A stretch of DNA of 64,000 nt from Methylococcales bacterium (GCA_032251045.1 JAVVEW010000001.1:58484-122483); one strand, 5' to 3'. Positions 10,677 through 21,514 are shown, counted from the first letter of the stretch. The notes: generated by a model not told the origin, from the sequence alone. Numbers and translations: made by a program.

Positions 10677-10719
10677 CTGGAAAGCTTCAGGTTTGTTTAA
10701 CAAACAGGCGCTTTCCAGG
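10677..10719. promoter_or_regulatory. Nested perfect palindrome in the moaA/mrcB divergent intergenic region.
   Basis: CTGGAAAGC-ttcag-GTTTGTTTAACAAACAGG-c-GCTTTCCAG: an outer 9-bp inverted repeat encloses an inner roughly 8-bp inverted repeat. Confidence 0.5.
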
Positions 10720-10835
10720 AATCTGTCCGGGAATAGATGGGGCTTCTGCGAACGAGCCGGATGGGTTGGACTTGCCGGTCATTCTCGTTACACCTGGCGC
10801 AGTTCAATAACGGCATTCTTCATTCGACATTTATC

Positions 10836-13226
10836 ATGACCCAATCAGCACCAAAAAAAACCACCCGTACCCGTAAGCCCCGTCAGTCGCATAAACCGAA
10901 AAAAGCCGTCAAGCGACCGGTTAAACGTCCCGTCAAAGCACCGATGAAGCCAATTTGGCGTGTTTTGCGTCGCGGGGTCTTGTGGGGGCTGGTGTTTAGC
11001 GTGCTGGTATTCGGTAGCTATTTGGGGTATCTGGATTACAACGTGCGCTATCAATTTGAAGGCAAGCGTTGGGCGATTCCGGCGCATGTGTATAGCCAGC
11101 CATTCGAGTTGTATGTGGGGTTGCCTCAATCGGCGGATGACCTGGAGCGGCGTTTGCGTAAGCTGAACTATCGCCGCTCAAAGACCTTGCCAGGGCCTGG
11201 GCATTATCAGCGTCATGGACAGCGTATCGATTTAATCACTCGCAGGTTTGATTATCCGGAGGGGGCGATGGCCAGTCAGTCGGTCAGGCTGCATTTCAAC
11301 GGCGCTCACCTGGTAAAACTGGAGGCGCTGGCGGATGGAGAGCCGCCGTTATTGCTGCGCCTGGAACCTATGCACATCGGCAGTTTTTATCCGAACCGCA
11401 AGGAAGATCGGTTATTGATTCAACTGAAAGATACCCCGGACGCGCTGGTACAGGGGCTGTTGGCAACCGAGGACCGGGATTTTTATCGGCATATCGGCAT
11501 CTCGCCCAAAGCCATTGCCAGGGCGTTGTTCGCCAATATCAAGGCGGGCGATATTGTGCAGGGAGGCAGCACCATTACCCAACAACTGGTGAAGAATTTT
11601 TATCTTAGTTCCGAGCGCACGCTGGTGCGTAAACTGAACGAGGTATTTATGGCGGTGATTCTGGATTACCGCTATGACAAGGACGAGATTCTGGAGGCCT
11701 ATCTCAATGAAGTTTACCTGGGCCAGAATGGCGCCAGCGCGGTACACGGTTTTGGTTTGGCCAGTCAGTTTTATTTTGGTCAGACCCTGACGGATCTGGC
11801 TTTGCATGAAATCGCCACCCTGGTGGCCTTGGTACGCGGGCCATCGTACTACGATCCAAGGCGTCATCCCGAGCGTGCCAAGGCGCGGCGAGATCTGGTG
11901 TTGTCGGAAATGCACGAGGCGGGGTTTATTACCTTGAAGCAGATGCATCAGGCGCAGGCGCAGGCGTTGCATGTGCTGACCGGGCAGCGTTATGCCAGCA
12001 ATCGCTATCCGGCTTTTCTTGATTTAGTACGCCGCCAGCTTAGCGATACCTATGCTGACGGACAGTTGACCACTGAGGGCTTGAGAATTTTCACCACCCT
12101 GGAGTCGGATGTTCAGGAGACGCTGGAACACACTGTGCGCACGCAGATTAAGCGCCTCATGAAGCGCAGTAAAACCGATGACCTGCAAACCGCCGTGGTA
12201 GTGACCCGGCGAGACAGCGGCGAAGTGGTTGCGCTGGTGGGGTCCAGCAATCCTAAGGACGCCGGCTTTAATCGCGCTCTGGAAGCCAGCCGCCCCATCG
12301 GCTCATTGGTTAAGCCGGCTGTGTATCTGACCGCATTAAGCGAGCCTGGACGTTATACCGCCATTACCCGGCTGGATGACTTGGCGATCACGGTCAAGTC
12401 GGGCGGTAAAAACTGGTCGCCGGCCAATTACGATCACAAAGAGCATGGGCAAGTGCCCTTGCATACCGCATTGGCTCGCTCTTATAACCTGGCCACGGTG
12501 CGTCTTGGCATGGATATAGGGCTGGCCCGGGTTGCCAAAACATTACGTGACATGGGGGTGACCTCGAAAATTGAGCCTTACCCTTCCTTATTGCTGGGCG
12601 CTTTGCCCTTGACGCCGCTGGAAGTCGCGCAACTGTACCAGACCTTGGCCAGCGATGGCTTTTTGACGCCGCTGACGGCGATTAAAGGCGTGACCGATAG
12701 CCAGGGGCAGGCATTGGAGCGCCGCCCCTATACCATTCGCCAGACCTTGCCGGCGGATGCCGTTTACATCACCAATTTCTTGTTGCAGGAGGTGATGCGC
12801 GAGGGTACGGCACGCAGCGCCTATCAAACGTTGGATAAATCGTTGCAAGTCGCGGGTAAAACCGGTACTACGGATGGCTATCGAGATAGTTGGTTTGCCG
12901 GTTTCGGTGGCAACTATCTGGCCGTAGCCTGGCTGGGGCGCGATGATAATCAGCCGACCGGATTGTCTGGCGCTACGGGGGCATTGCCTGTTTGGACGCA
13001 ATTGATGGCTGGCATAGATGCCCAGTCAGTGGCTCTGGCGGCGCCGGATAATGTTGACTTAGTCTGGGTTGACCCGTTGACCGATCAGTTAGCGGACTCG
13101 GCCTGCGCCAATGTCCGCCAATATCCGTTTGTGCGCGGTTCGGCACCACATGAAACATCGCCGTGCGTGACGTCGCGTCAGCCTAATCCTGAGGGCACAC
13201 ATTGGTGGGATGATTTGCTCAATTAA
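10836..13226 (+). CDS. mrcB: Penicillin-binding protein 1B (bifunctional transglycosylase/transpeptidase).
   Basis: There is a basic N-terminus and a TM segment, a UB2H-like region, glycosyltransferase motifs (EDRDFYRH, GGSTITQQ) and the transpeptidase motif SLVKP. The start was set at MTQSAPKK. Confidence 0.85.
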   Translation: MTQSAPKKTTRTRKPRQSHKPKKAVKRPVKRPVKAPMKPIWRVLRRGVLWGLVFSVLVFGSYLGYLDYNVRYQFEGKRWAIPAHVYSQPFELYVGLPQSADDLERRLRKLNYRRSKTLPGPGHYQRHGQRIDLITRRFDYPEGAMASQSVRLHFNGAHLVKLEALADGEPPLLLRLEPMHIGSFYPNRKEDRLLIQLKDTPDALVQGLLATEDRDFYRHIGISPKAIARALFANIKAGDIVQGGSTITQQLVKNFYLSSERTLVRKLNEVFMAVILDYRYDKDEILEAYLNEVYLGQNGASAVHGFGLASQFYFGQTLTDLALHEIATLVALVRGPSYYDPRRHPERAKARRDLVLSEMHEAGFITLKQMHQAQAQALHVLTGQRYASNRYPAFLDLVRRQLSDTYADGQLTTEGLRIFTTLESDVQETLEHTVRTQIKRLMKRSKTDDLQTAVVVTRRDSGEVVALVGSSNPKDAGFNRALEASRPIGSLVKPAVYLTALSEPGRYTAITRLDDLAITVKSGGKNWSPANYDHKEHGQVPLHTALARSYNLATVRLGMDIGLARVAKTLRDMGVTSKIEPYPSLLLGALPLTPLEVAQLYQTLASDGFLTPLTAIKGVTDSQGQALERRPYTIRQTLPADAVYITNFLLQEVMREGTARSAYQTLDKSLQVAGKTGTTDGYRDSWFAGFGGNYLAVAWLGRDDNQPTGLSGATGALPVWTQLMAGIDAQSVALAAPDNVDLVWVDPLTDQLADSACANVRQYPFVRGSAPHETSPCVTSRQPNPEGTHWWDDLLN

Positions 13227-13235
13227 CACACCTGG

Positions 13236-13254
13236 TAAGCGTTTTACCAGCAAT
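13236..13254. terminator. Hairpin between the convergent mrcB and iscA.
   Basis: CTGGTAA-gcgtt-TTACCAG. Confidence 0.4.
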
Positions 13255-13282
13255 GTTGCCATCCATGGCAGAGGATGTTTGC

Positions 13283-13606
13283 CTAAACGGTAAAACTTTC
13301 GCCGCAACCGCACATGCCTTTGACATTGGGATTATCAAACCGGAACGCTTCGTTAATACCCTCGCGGCGATAATCCAGCTCTAGGCCATTGAGTTTATCC
13401 AGGTCGTCGCGGCGGCTGATCAGCTTGACATCATATTGTTCAAAAACAACTTCATCCGGTTCGATGGCATCAGCATAATCAATGGTATAGGCATAGCCTG
13501 AGCAGCCCGATTTCTTGACGCCGATACGCAGCCCCAGCCCTTGGCCGCGCTGGCTGAGCTGTTTTTGAATTTGTTTTGCGGCTTGTTCGGTTAAGGTCAT
13601 GGACAT
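13283..13606 (-). CDS. iscA: A-type Fe-S carrier (IscA/ErpA family).
   Basis: The gene is 107 aa with the GCSG...CGCGESF cysteine triad. It lies directly downstream of the cysteine desulfurase. Confidence 0.8.
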   Translation of the reverse strand: MSMTLTEQAAKQIQKQLSQRGQGLGLRIGVKKSGCSGYAYTIDYADAIEPDEVVFEQYDVKLISRRDDLDKLNGLELDYRREGINEAFRFDNPNVKGMCGCGESFTV

Positions 13607-13690
13607 GAGTTGGCTCCTTAGGTCTTAAGAGAAGTGATGGGGTCATAACGTGGCACGGCCTCGTCGCTGATACTGGCTGTTCAGCCGGTG

Positions 13691-14824
13691 TTATGCGTGA
13701 CCGGCAGGGTGTGATGGTTGGCCGGCAATGTTGGCCAGCGCACCGAGAAATTGGTCAATTTCGTTAACTGTATTGGCTGTCCCAAGGCTCACCCGGACTG
13801 AGGCTTTGGCCAGCGCTTCAGTCACGCCCATTGCGGTTAACACTGGGCTGGGCAGGCCGCCGCCACTGGCGCAGGCGGAGCCGCTGGAAACGGCGATATG
13901 CACCCTGTCCAGCTGCATTTGCAGCCATTCGCCATCCAGGCCGGGCAGGGCAAATTGCACGGTGTTAGGCAGCCTGCCGGCCTGGTCAGAAAAAATCACC
14001 ACCGCAGGGTCAAGGGAACGCAGTCCAGCCTCCAGGTGCTGGCGCAAGCTCAAGTGATGTTGCACGTTTTGCGCCAACATGCGCCTGGCCTCTTCACAGG
14101 CCTTGCCAAGGCCAACAATCGCGGGCACATTTTCAGTGCCGGCGCGCAAGCCCTGTTCCTGCTTGCCGCCAAACAACATGGCTTCAGCGTCCCCAGGCTT
14201 TTTCAGCACCAATGCGCCGATACCTTTAGGGCCATGCAGTTTATGTCCGGATAAAGACAGGGCATCGACATCCAGAGTCTTGAAATCCACAGCTATTTTA
14301 CCTACAGCCTGCACAGCGTCGCTATGCACTTGCCAGCCAAGTTCATGAAAGGCGGCGGCCAGTTCAGCGACCGGCTGAAGGACGCCGGTTTCATTGTTGG
14401 CCAACATCACAGATACCAGGCCCGGTTTGGCCTGGCGCAGTACCTGGGGAATGGCAACGGCTATCTCGCCTTGTGCATTAACGGGCACGGGGTGTAAGGC
14501 TTTGCCCTGCTGTGCCCAGTGCGTGGCAGGCAGGGCGATAGAGGGGTGTTCGATAGCCGAGAGTGCTAATGTCGGGTGCGGTTGGCAAAGTTGCAACGCG
14601 AGATTGTTAGCCTCGGTGCCTCCGCTGGTAAAAATGACTTGCCACGGTTCGGCGTTAACCAGTGCGGCGACTTGTTCGCGGGCTTGGTCAATGGCCGTGC
14701 GCGCCAAGCGACCGGCCCGGTACAGCGCTGAGGGATTGGCGAAGAACGGCCCGAAAAAAGGCGTCATGGCCTCAATGACAGCGGGCGAGGGGGCCGTGGT
14801 CGCGTTATGATCGAAATAGATCAT
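13691..14824 (-). CDS. iscS: Class I cysteine desulfurase (IscS/NifS family).
   Basis: [12 protein letters not shown] is the PLP-lysine motif and SSGSACASG contains the catalytic Cys. It is 377 aa, shorter than canonical IscS. Its start makes an ATGA overlap with the iscR stop. Confidence 0.85.
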   Translation of the reverse strand: MIYFDHNATTAPSPAVIEAMTPFFGPFFANPSALYRAGRLARTAIDQAREQVAALVNAEPWQVIFTSGGTEANNLALQLCQPHPTLALSAIEHPSIALPATHWAQQGKALHPVPVNAQGEIAVAIPQVLRQAKPGLVSVMLANNETGVLQPVAELAAAFHELGWQVHSDAVQAVGKIAVDFKTLDVDALSLSGHKLHGPKGIGALVLKKPGDAEAMLFGGKQEQGLRAGTENVPAIVGLGKACEEARRMLAQNVQHHLSLRQHLEAGLRSLDPAVVIFSDQAGRLPNTVQFALPGLDGEWLQMQLDRVHIAVSSGSACASGGGLPSPVLTAMGVTEALAKASVRVSLGTANTVNEIDQFLGALANIAGQPSHPAGHA

Positions 14825-15306
14825 CCGGCGCGTGACTGTAATTCCACGATCTTGGCGACATGCTCCTGACGCTTGGCAACCGTCTTGATTTCATGTCTAT
14901 CGATCAAATCACCCAGTGAGATGCCGCGAAGATAGCTGCGAATTTGGTCGCTCAGGCCCATCCACAATTCATGGGTCAGGCAAGGTTGTTGGTTTTGGCA
15001 ATTACCGTGGCCGCCACAGCGTGTTGAATCCAGGCTTTCATCAACCGCTTCGATAATTTCAGCGATATTGATTTCATGCACTTCCCGTTGCAGACGATAC
15101 CCACCGCCGGGGCCGCGTACCCCGGTCACCAGACCGGCTTTGCGCAATCGGGCAAATAATTGCTCCAGATACGATAGTGAAATGGTTTGTCGAGCGGCGA
15201 TATCGGTTAATGTGACGGGGGTGGATTGGCTGTGAAACGCCAGATCCAGCATGGCTGTGACGGCATAGCGTCCTTTGGTTGTTAAGCGCACCGTATTTTC
15301 CCTCAT
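14821..15306 (-). CDS. iscR: Fe-S cluster assembly transcriptional regulator IscR (Rrf2 family).
   Basis: There is an Rrf2 HTH and three cluster-ligand cysteines ([13 protein letters not shown]). Confidence 0.9.
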   Translation of the reverse strand: MRENTVRLTTKGRYAVTAMLDLAFHSQSTPVTLTDIAARQTISLSYLEQLFARLRKAGLVTGVRGPGGGYRLQREVHEINIAEIIEAVDESLDSTRCGGHGNCQNQQPCLTHELWMGLSDQIRSYLRGISLGDLIDRHEIKTVAKRQEHVAKIVELQSRAG

Positions 15307-15364
15307 TAGCTTAGAAACAATGTGGCTAACTATACCGATAACCTAGTAATTTGGTCAACTTATG

Positions 15365-16105
15365 TCACGTTAACCGATCCTGATCGAGGTCTTCATCGGC
15401 CATTGGCTGACTGGGGCAGTGTATGCCTTGCGCGTGCAAAGCCTGTTTCATCAGCGCAATTTGTTTCTCCAGGCATTCAATATGCTCTAGCATGTGATTG
15501 ACCGCACGGGCAACAGGATCTGGCATCTCGGTAGTCAGGCCGTAGGCGTCAAAGCGCGAGGACGACTGTTCGGTACAGTTTGGATCGGGTTTGGGGCTGA
15601 TGACATGACCGGGAATGCCGACCACGGTGGCGCCTGCAGGTACGGATTTCAGCACCACGGAATTGGAACCGATGCGCACGTTATCGCTAATCTCGATAGG
15701 GCCGAGTACCTTGGCGCCCGCGCCGACGACGACGCCATTGCCCAGGGTTGGGTGGCGTTTGCCTTTATTCCAGGAAGTGCCGCCGAGGGTCACGCCATGA
15801 TACAGCGTGCAGTCATCGCCAATCACGGCCGTTTCGCCAATCACCACCCCCATGCCATGATCGATAAAAAAACGTCGACCAATGATCGCGCCAGGGTGAA
15901 TTTCAATGCCGGTCAGCCAGCGTCCCAGATGGGCGGTGAAGCGCGCCAGCCAGGCCAACCGCCAGCGCCACAGTCGATGACTGATGCGGTAAAACAATAA
16001 GGCGTGAAAGCCGGGGTAACTGGTGAGAATATCCCCAATGGATTGTGCGGCAGGGTCGCGTTCAAACACGCAGTTCAGATCTTCTTTGAGCGTTTGCCAA
16101 GTCAT
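15365..16105 (-). CDS. cysE: Serine O-acetyltransferase.
   Basis: Hexapeptide-repeat acyltransferase segments ([31 protein letters not shown]) are present. It sits between trmJ and iscR as in Pseudomonas. Confidence 0.85.
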   Translation of the reverse strand: MTWQTLKEDLNCVFERDPAAQSIGDILTSYPGFHALLFYRISHRLWRWRLAWLARFTAHLGRWLTGIEIHPGAIIGRRFFIDHGMGVVIGETAVIGDDCTLYHGVTLGGTSWNKGKRHPTLGNGVVVGAGAKVLGPIEISDNVRIGSNSVVLKSVPAGATVVGIPGHVISPKPDPNCTEQSSSRFDAYGLTTEMPDPVARAVNHMLEHIECLEKQIALMKQALHAQGIHCPSQPMADEDLDQDRLT

Positions 16106-16107
16106 GA

Positions 16108-16830
16108 TTACCGTTTACGAAAACCTGTGGTCATAGACAAAATGCCGCGCAGTATATCAACTTCCTTGCGATCGAGTTGGGCGCGGTGATAGAGGCGACG
16201 TAACCTGCGCATCATAGATTGTTGTTGTTCCGGGCGCAAAAAACCGATGCTCAGCAGCGTGTCTTGCAGATGTTGATAAAAGCGCTCTAGTTGCTCCGCG
16301 CTGGCGGGAGGCGCTTCTGGCGGGGTGGGGTGTGTATGCGGGCCGTTATCCAGCCGCGCTTGATAAAGCTCATAACAAACCACCTGCACCGCAGCGGCCA
16401 GGTTTAACGATGAGAATTCAGGGTTTACCGGAATATGCAGCAAAAACTGACATAAGTCCAGTTCCGCATTACTGAGGCCGGAATGTTCGCGGCCAAAGAC
16501 CAGCGCCGCTTGTTCGCCTTCAGGCAGGGTGGTCAGCTTGGCGGCGCACTGTCTTGGTGTGAGCTCTGGCCACTGGATGCTGCGGCGGCGTGCGCTGGCG
16601 CCAATTACCCATTGACAATCGGCCACTGCCTCGGCGAGTGTGTCATAAACGTAAGCCTGGGCCAGAATATCATCGGCGCCGGCAGCGCGTGCGCTGGCTT
16701 CGGCGCTTGGGAACTGTTTCGGTGCGACCAAGGCCAGGCGGCTGAAATTCATGGTTTTCATGGCCCGGGCTGTAGCGCCAATGTTCCCGGGGTGGGTGGT
16801 GCCTACTAAAACGATTTTAACGGTGTGCAT
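16108..16830 (-). CDS. trmJ: tRNA (cytidine/uridine-2'-O)-methyltransferase TrmJ.
   Basis: The SpoU N-terminus is [24 protein letters not shown]. The gene is divergent from suhB. Confidence 0.85.
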   Translation of the reverse strand: MHTVKIVLVGTTHPGNIGATARAMKTMNFSRLALVAPKQFPSAEASARAAGADDILAQAYVYDTLAEAVADCQWVIGASARRRSIQWPELTPRQCAAKLTTLPEGEQAALVFGREHSGLSNAELDLCQFLLHIPVNPEFSSLNLAAAVQVVCYELYQARLDNGPHTHPTPPEAPPASAEQLERFYQHLQDTLLSIGFLRPEQQQSMMRRLRRLYHRAQLDRKEVDILRGILSMTTGFRKR

Positions 16831-16997
16831 GGTGCATGAAGTTAGAAGTTTATCTGATGAGAAGCCTGTCCGGCAGAGTTTTGGTCACGAGTCTGGGGAC
16901 AATCCAGCTCGTCGGCTGTCGCCTTGTCTATTCTCGGACAGGTTCTTGGGGTTTTGTTATGCTATGACCCCTTTAGAATGACTATTGTACTGGAACC

Positions 16998-17795
16998 ATG
17001 AAACCAATGACGCATATTGCGGTGCGTGCTGCGCGTGCCGCTGGTGATTTAATCAGCCGTTCGGCCAATCAGGTCACGGGGCTTAGAATCGACCAGAAAG
17101 GGCTTAATGATTACGCCACCGAAGTCGATCAAGCGGCCGAGCAGGAAATTATCAAGATTCTACACAACGCTTATCCCGATCACGCCATTCTCGCCGAAGA
17201 AAGCGGCCAGCATGGCCGTCATGATTATGTGTGGATTATTGACCCGCTGGATGGTACCACCAATTTTATCCACGGCTTCCCGTTTTTCAGTGTTTCCATT
17301 GCCTTGCAGGTTAAAAACAAGTTGGAAATTGGCGTGGTCTATGATCCGGTTCGCGATGAATTATTCGTGGCCGAGCGCGGTGGTGGTGCGACATTGAATA
17401 ACCGTAAGCTGCGTGTCACCCGGCAAAGCACACTTAAAGGTGCTCTGATAGGTACCGGTTTTCCGTTTCGCGAGCAGCAGCATGTCGAGGCTTATCTAGG
17501 CATGTTCAAAGCGATGAATGCCGAATCTGCCGGGGTGCGCCGTGCCGGTTCTGCCGCGCTGGATTTGTGTTATGTCGCCTGTGGGCGGATGGATGCGTTC
17601 TGGGAGTTGGGTTTGAAAGCCTGGGATATGGCGGCCGGTGTGTTGATGATTCAGGAAGCTGGTGGCGTGGTCACGGATTTTGCCTTTGGCGATCGTTATC
17701 TGGAATGTGGCAACCTGATTGCCGGCAATCCCAAAATGCAGCAATTGCTTTATCAGGCCTTCCAGCCGCATTTGACCGCTGCGTTGCCGCGTTAG
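16998..17795 (+). CDS. suhB: Inositol monophosphatase SuhB.
   Basis: IMPase motifs are present (WIIDPLDGTTNF, AGS..LD). The placement is classic suhB/trmJ divergent. Confidence 0.9.
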   Translation: MKPMTHIAVRAARAAGDLISRSANQVTGLRIDQKGLNDYATEVDQAAEQEIIKILHNAYPDHAILAEESGQHGRHDYVWIIDPLDGTTNFIHGFPFFSVSIALQVKNKLEIGVVYDPVRDELFVAERGGGATLNNRKLRVTRQSTLKGALIGTGFPFREQQHVEAYLGMFKAMNAESAGVRRAGSAALDLCYVACGRMDAFWELGLKAWDMAAGVLMIQEAGGVVTDFAFGDRYLECGNLIAGNPKMQQLLYQAFQPHLTAALPR

Positions 17796-17907
17796 CCAAA
17801 GTTAGGCGCCGGACGGGGCTTTAACCGTTTATCGTGTCAGTAAATGAGCCAAGTATAGCGGCAGGTCTGGAGGATGTCCGCGCACGCCTGTCAGGCGTAA
17901 AAAAAGA

Positions 17908-17933
17908 CGCCGGAACAGCAGTGCCGGCGCCTT
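17908..17933. terminator. GC-rich hairpin between the convergent suhB and the secreted-protein gene.
   Basis: GCGCCGG-aacagcagtg-CCGGCGC. Confidence 0.4.
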
Positions 17934-17967
17934 GATGGGTTGGTTTAACAGTTGAGTGAAGGCTGAA

Positions 17968-20559
17968 TTACCGGAATAACGGGCCTAGATTGATCAGTTG
18001 CGTTTCGCCATTGGAATCATCTACGCCATCGTTGTCATTGACGATCAACACATCACCGGACTGGGTGATGGTCAGACCTTCGAGTTTTTCCAGGACCGCG
18101 CCGCCTGGGGCGGTCAGGTCCGGTAATAAATCGCGTACCAGATTCTTACGCAACACCGGGAAGAAGGGACGGACGCCGACCGGAGTGTCTGGCTCGGATG
18201 CGCGGATATTGGACAGGGAAATCTGGTACAAGCGCTTGACCCGTGCGTCGTCGTTGCCTTGATTGTCGCGTTCAAGGACGATAAAAGTGTCATCGTTGAG
18301 CGCGGTGATATCAGAGAGTCCAATCCAGCCGCCGTTGGGCGAAGTGACGCTGTCCAATGGATAGTAATAAAAGGTCCAGGCGCCATTGCCGGTATTCAGG
18401 CGACCAATGCGTACCGCATTGTCGGGGTCTTCTATCCATTCGCGCTGAAAGGTGATGGTCAAAACTTCCGCGCCAGCGGTGCCTGTTGCGGCTACGCCTT
18501 CAAAGCCAAAGCGCACTTGCCGGGCATTGGTGCTGTCAGGCAGCGTGAAAACACGATCGATGACGCCTTGCGCGGTGATATGCAGTACCAGATTACGACT
18601 GGTGACCGGACGGTTGTCGTCGCCAACCGTGCCCGCACCTTCGGAAACCAGCCAGAAACCGCCGTCGGCACTGGTGGCAATGCCTTCCAGATCCAGATTG
18701 ACGGTGTTGTCGCTGTTGACCTGGTCAGGTTCAATGCCGGCCAATACACCTTGGTTGTCATAAAGCACAATTTCCCGGCTCAGGCGAGCGGGGTGGTTGT
18801 CGATGTTCAGCACAAAAATTCGGCTGCGTTGATAAAAGCTATCCGGAACACTGTATGCGAGGTCGCTGCGGGTGCGGTCGGCGGCCAGACCGGATAGCGC
18901 ACTCCAGGGAATGGGCGTGCCGGTGATGCGGTCTTCAGAAAGAAGGGTCGGGTAAGTGGGGGCGCCGGCTTGACGCTGAAAAATGCTCAAGCCGCCGCGA
19001 ATGGCATTGCCCCGGTCATCCAGTTCGGTGGCGGCGACGAATAAATCGCGACCTGGAATGGCTTTAATGCCTTCAGGGCTGACGCCGGTAGGCAAAAACT
19101 GGCGGGTGTTGCGGGTCAGGTTTTTTACGAATACCGCGCTGGAACGTTCGGAGGCGATAAACAGGTATTCATCGTCGCCGAAGCGGGCGAATTCGACATT
19201 TTCCGGTTCGTTGCCTTTGTTGCCCGAGCGGTCATCGGGGTAGTGACCGTGGCGTACCGCGTCATGTTCCAGGGCATTGCCGGAGTCGTAAACCACAGCA
19301 CCGTTTCGGTTGAACACGGTAAAGCCACGGCTGCCGCCGTTAAAGTCGCCTTCGTTGGCGGTGGCCAGCAGATTGTTATCCAGCCACACCAGGCCGTCTG
19401 GCTCACGCGGTATGTCACGCAAGCTGTCGGTCAATTCAATCTGTGCCGGCGATTCTTCCTGCGTGTCGATTTCGGTTAAATCAACCAGGCCAGCGCTGAA
19501 ATGGCTGGTAACCAGGCCTGAGGGCAGGTCAACCAGGATAATGTGATTGTTTTCCTGCAAGCTGACGGCGGCGATATTTTCGGCATTGATGCTGACAAAC
19601 TCGGGTTCAGGGTCTTCGGGAGCGATATCGGCCAGGCCGGTCAGGCTCACATTGCGTAATGTCCACTGAGCAGGCTCGCCATTCAGGTCCACGATGACCA
19701 AGCTGCCCGCCGGCAGTTGTGGTAGTGCGCCATCGTTTAAGTCTTCATTGCGTTCGTTTTCGATGGCAATGGCGGCAAAACGGCCGTCCGGGCTGACGCT
19801 GACTGCGTCAGGTTGGCCATTGAGGTCAAAGCCTGCGACCAGGGCGCGGCTGGCAATATCAACAATTTCCAGCCGACCGGATGGATTGGTGAAGCTGGCT
19901 GAGGTATTGACTGCGGCCAAGGCATAGGCGCCGTGTACGGCCACTGAGGTGGGTTCGCCTGGCAGTGCCAGGATTCCCAATGGCTGGGGGTCGGTGGCTT
20001 GGCTAATGTCCACAAAACCCAAACGATTGTTGCTGCTGTCGGTGTAAACCAAGGTATTACCATCAACGCTGGCGGCGACGATTTCCGCAGCAGCCTCGTC
20101 TTCGATGCTGCTGTTTCGATAAACCGGGAATGTGGCGATGCGGTTGAAGGCCATGGCGTCCGGTTGCGCATGGCGCTGAATTTCAGCAAAGCGCATAGGG
20201 TTGGTATTAGGCAGCAAGGCCAGTTGCAAGGCCAGGCTGCCCTGGCCTGTGGCGTCAAATACGGTCAGTTCGGCCAGGCCGGTGATGACGTCCAGCTTGC
20301 CGCGTTGGCCGCCGGGTCTTTTGATCAGATTGAAATCAACCAGCTCCCACTGATCGGTTTCGCCATCAACCCGGCGCAGGCGAGCATCAACCACGCCACC
20401 TAGGTTGGCGCCGGCGACAACGTCGATGGCGCTCAGTGTGAGTTCTTGTCCATCCGTGCTCAAACGGCCTTGTGCATGGCCGGGTTGCGTGGTGGCCAGC
20501 AGTGTCAACAAGCCAGTCGCCAGTAGTGGCCAGCGGTGGCTTTTGGGTTTAATCAGCAT
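17968..20559 (-). CDS. Large secreted beta-propeller protein: an N-terminal choice-of-anchor-I-like domain plus a C-terminal phytase-like (esterase-like activity of phytase) repeat domain.
   Basis: It has a signal peptide (LLATGLLTLLATTQPGHAQ). Recurring EGIA/FEGVA/LEGLTI motifs with D/E-rich beta-strand repeats are present, and DRSGNKGNEPENVEF is a choice-of-anchor-I-like signature. The gene is 863 aa. Confidence 0.5.
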   Translation of the reverse strand: MLIKPKSHRWPLLATGLLTLLATTQPGHAQGRLSTDGQELTLSAIDVVAGANLGGVVDARLRRVDGETDQWELVDFNLIKRPGGQRGKLDVITGLAELTVFDATGQGSLALQLALLPNTNPMRFAEIQRHAQPDAMAFNRIATFPVYRNSSIEDEAAAEIVAASVDGNTLVYTDSSNNRLGFVDISQATDPQPLGILALPGEPTSVAVHGAYALAAVNTSASFTNPSGRLEIVDIASRALVAGFDLNGQPDAVSVSPDGRFAAIAIENERNEDLNDGALPQLPAGSLVIVDLNGEPAQWTLRNVSLTGLADIAPEDPEPEFVSINAENIAAVSLQENNHIILVDLPSGLVTSHFSAGLVDLTEIDTQEESPAQIELTDSLRDIPREPDGLVWLDNNLLATANEGDFNGGSRGFTVFNRNGAVVYDSGNALEHDAVRHGHYPDDRSGNKGNEPENVEFARFGDDEYLFIASERSSAVFVKNLTRNTRQFLPTGVSPEGIKAIPGRDLFVAATELDDRGNAIRGGLSIFQRQAGAPTYPTLLSEDRITGTPIPWSALSGLAADRTRSDLAYSVPDSFYQRSRIFVLNIDNHPARLSREIVLYDNQGVLAGIEPDQVNSDNTVNLDLEGIATSADGGFWLVSEGAGTVGDDNRPVTSRNLVLHITAQGVIDRVFTLPDSTNARQVRFGFEGVAATGTAGAEVLTITFQREWIEDPDNAVRIGRLNTGNGAWTFYYYPLDSVTSPNGGWIGLSDITALNDDTFIVLERDNQGNDDARVKRLYQISLSNIRASEPDTPVGVRPFFPVLRKNLVRDLLPDLTAPGGAVLEKLEGLTITQSGDVLIVNDNDGVDDSNGETQLINLGPLFR

Positions 20560-20665
20560 GGCTATATAGCCCTAATAGAACAAAAGAGCCATGGTAGCCA
20601 GCATGTGTGACAGGCTTGTTACAGTGGTGTGATGGTGTTGGTTGGCGTGTTTTAAGCGGTGAGAT

Positions 20666-21514
20666 TCAGAAGGTTTCAAATTCCAGTTCGCGGCCGGAAG
20701 GTACCGCACGGGCATCACCATCGACCATCAAGCTGGCAAAATCGAACGCGCCGCGATCCAGCAGTTGTGACGGAGCGATATTTTGCATGCTGGTAAAAAT
20801 GGTTTCCAGGCGTCCGGGAAATTGCTTATCCCAGGTGTTGAGCATGGTTTTCATCGCCTGCCGCTGTAGGTTGGCCTGCGAGCCGCATAAGTTGCAGGGA
20901 ATGATCGGAAACTGTTTGAAGGCGGCAAAGCGGGCGATATCTTTTTCCCGGCAATAGGCTAACGGGCGGATCACCACATTGCGTTTGTCATCACTCAACA
21001 ATTTTGGCGGCATGGCTTTCAGCTTGCCACCGTAAAACAGGTTCAGGAAAAAGGTTTCCAGAATGTCGTCGCGGTGATGACCCAGGGCGATTTTGTCGAT
21101 GCCGTGGGCCTCGGCAAAGCCGTATAAGGTGCCCCGGCGCAGGCGCGAGCACAGGCCGCAGGTGGTTTTACCTTCGGGAATCACCCGCTTGACCACGCTG
21201 TACGTGTCTTTCTCGATGATGTGATAGGCAATACCCAGATTCGCCAGATATTCGGGTAGAACATGCTCAGGAAACCCCGGCTGTTTCTGATCCAGATTGA
21301 CCGCGATCAGTTCAAAACTGACCGGCGCGGTGCGTTTTAAGCTCAACAAAATGTCGAGCATGGCGAACGAATCCTTGCCGCCGGACAGGCAGGCCATGAT
21401 CTTGTCGCCGTGCTCGATCATTTGGTAATCGGCGATGGCTTCGCCAACCTGACGGCGCAGGCGCTTTTGCAGTTTGTTGAACTGGGTACGGTTTTTTGCT
21501 GCCGTCGAGGTCAT
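20666..21514 (-). CDS. ttcA: tRNA 2-thiocytidine biosynthesis protein TtcA.
   Basis: CLSGGKDS is the PP-loop and there are CxxC pairs (CGLCS, CNLCGS). Confidence 0.9.
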   Translation of the reverse strand: MTSTAAKNRTQFNKLQKRLRRQVGEAIADYQMIEHGDKIMACLSGGKDSFAMLDILLSLKRTAPVSFELIAVNLDQKQPGFPEHVLPEYLANLGIAYHIIEKDTYSVVKRVIPEGKTTCGLCSRLRRGTLYGFAEAHGIDKIALGHHRDDILETFFLNLFYGGKLKAMPPKLLSDDKRNVVIRPLAYCREKDIARFAAFKQFPIIPCNLCGSQANLQRQAMKTMLNTWDKQFPGRLETIFTSMQNIAPSQLLDRGAFDFASLMVDGDARAVPSGRELEFETF

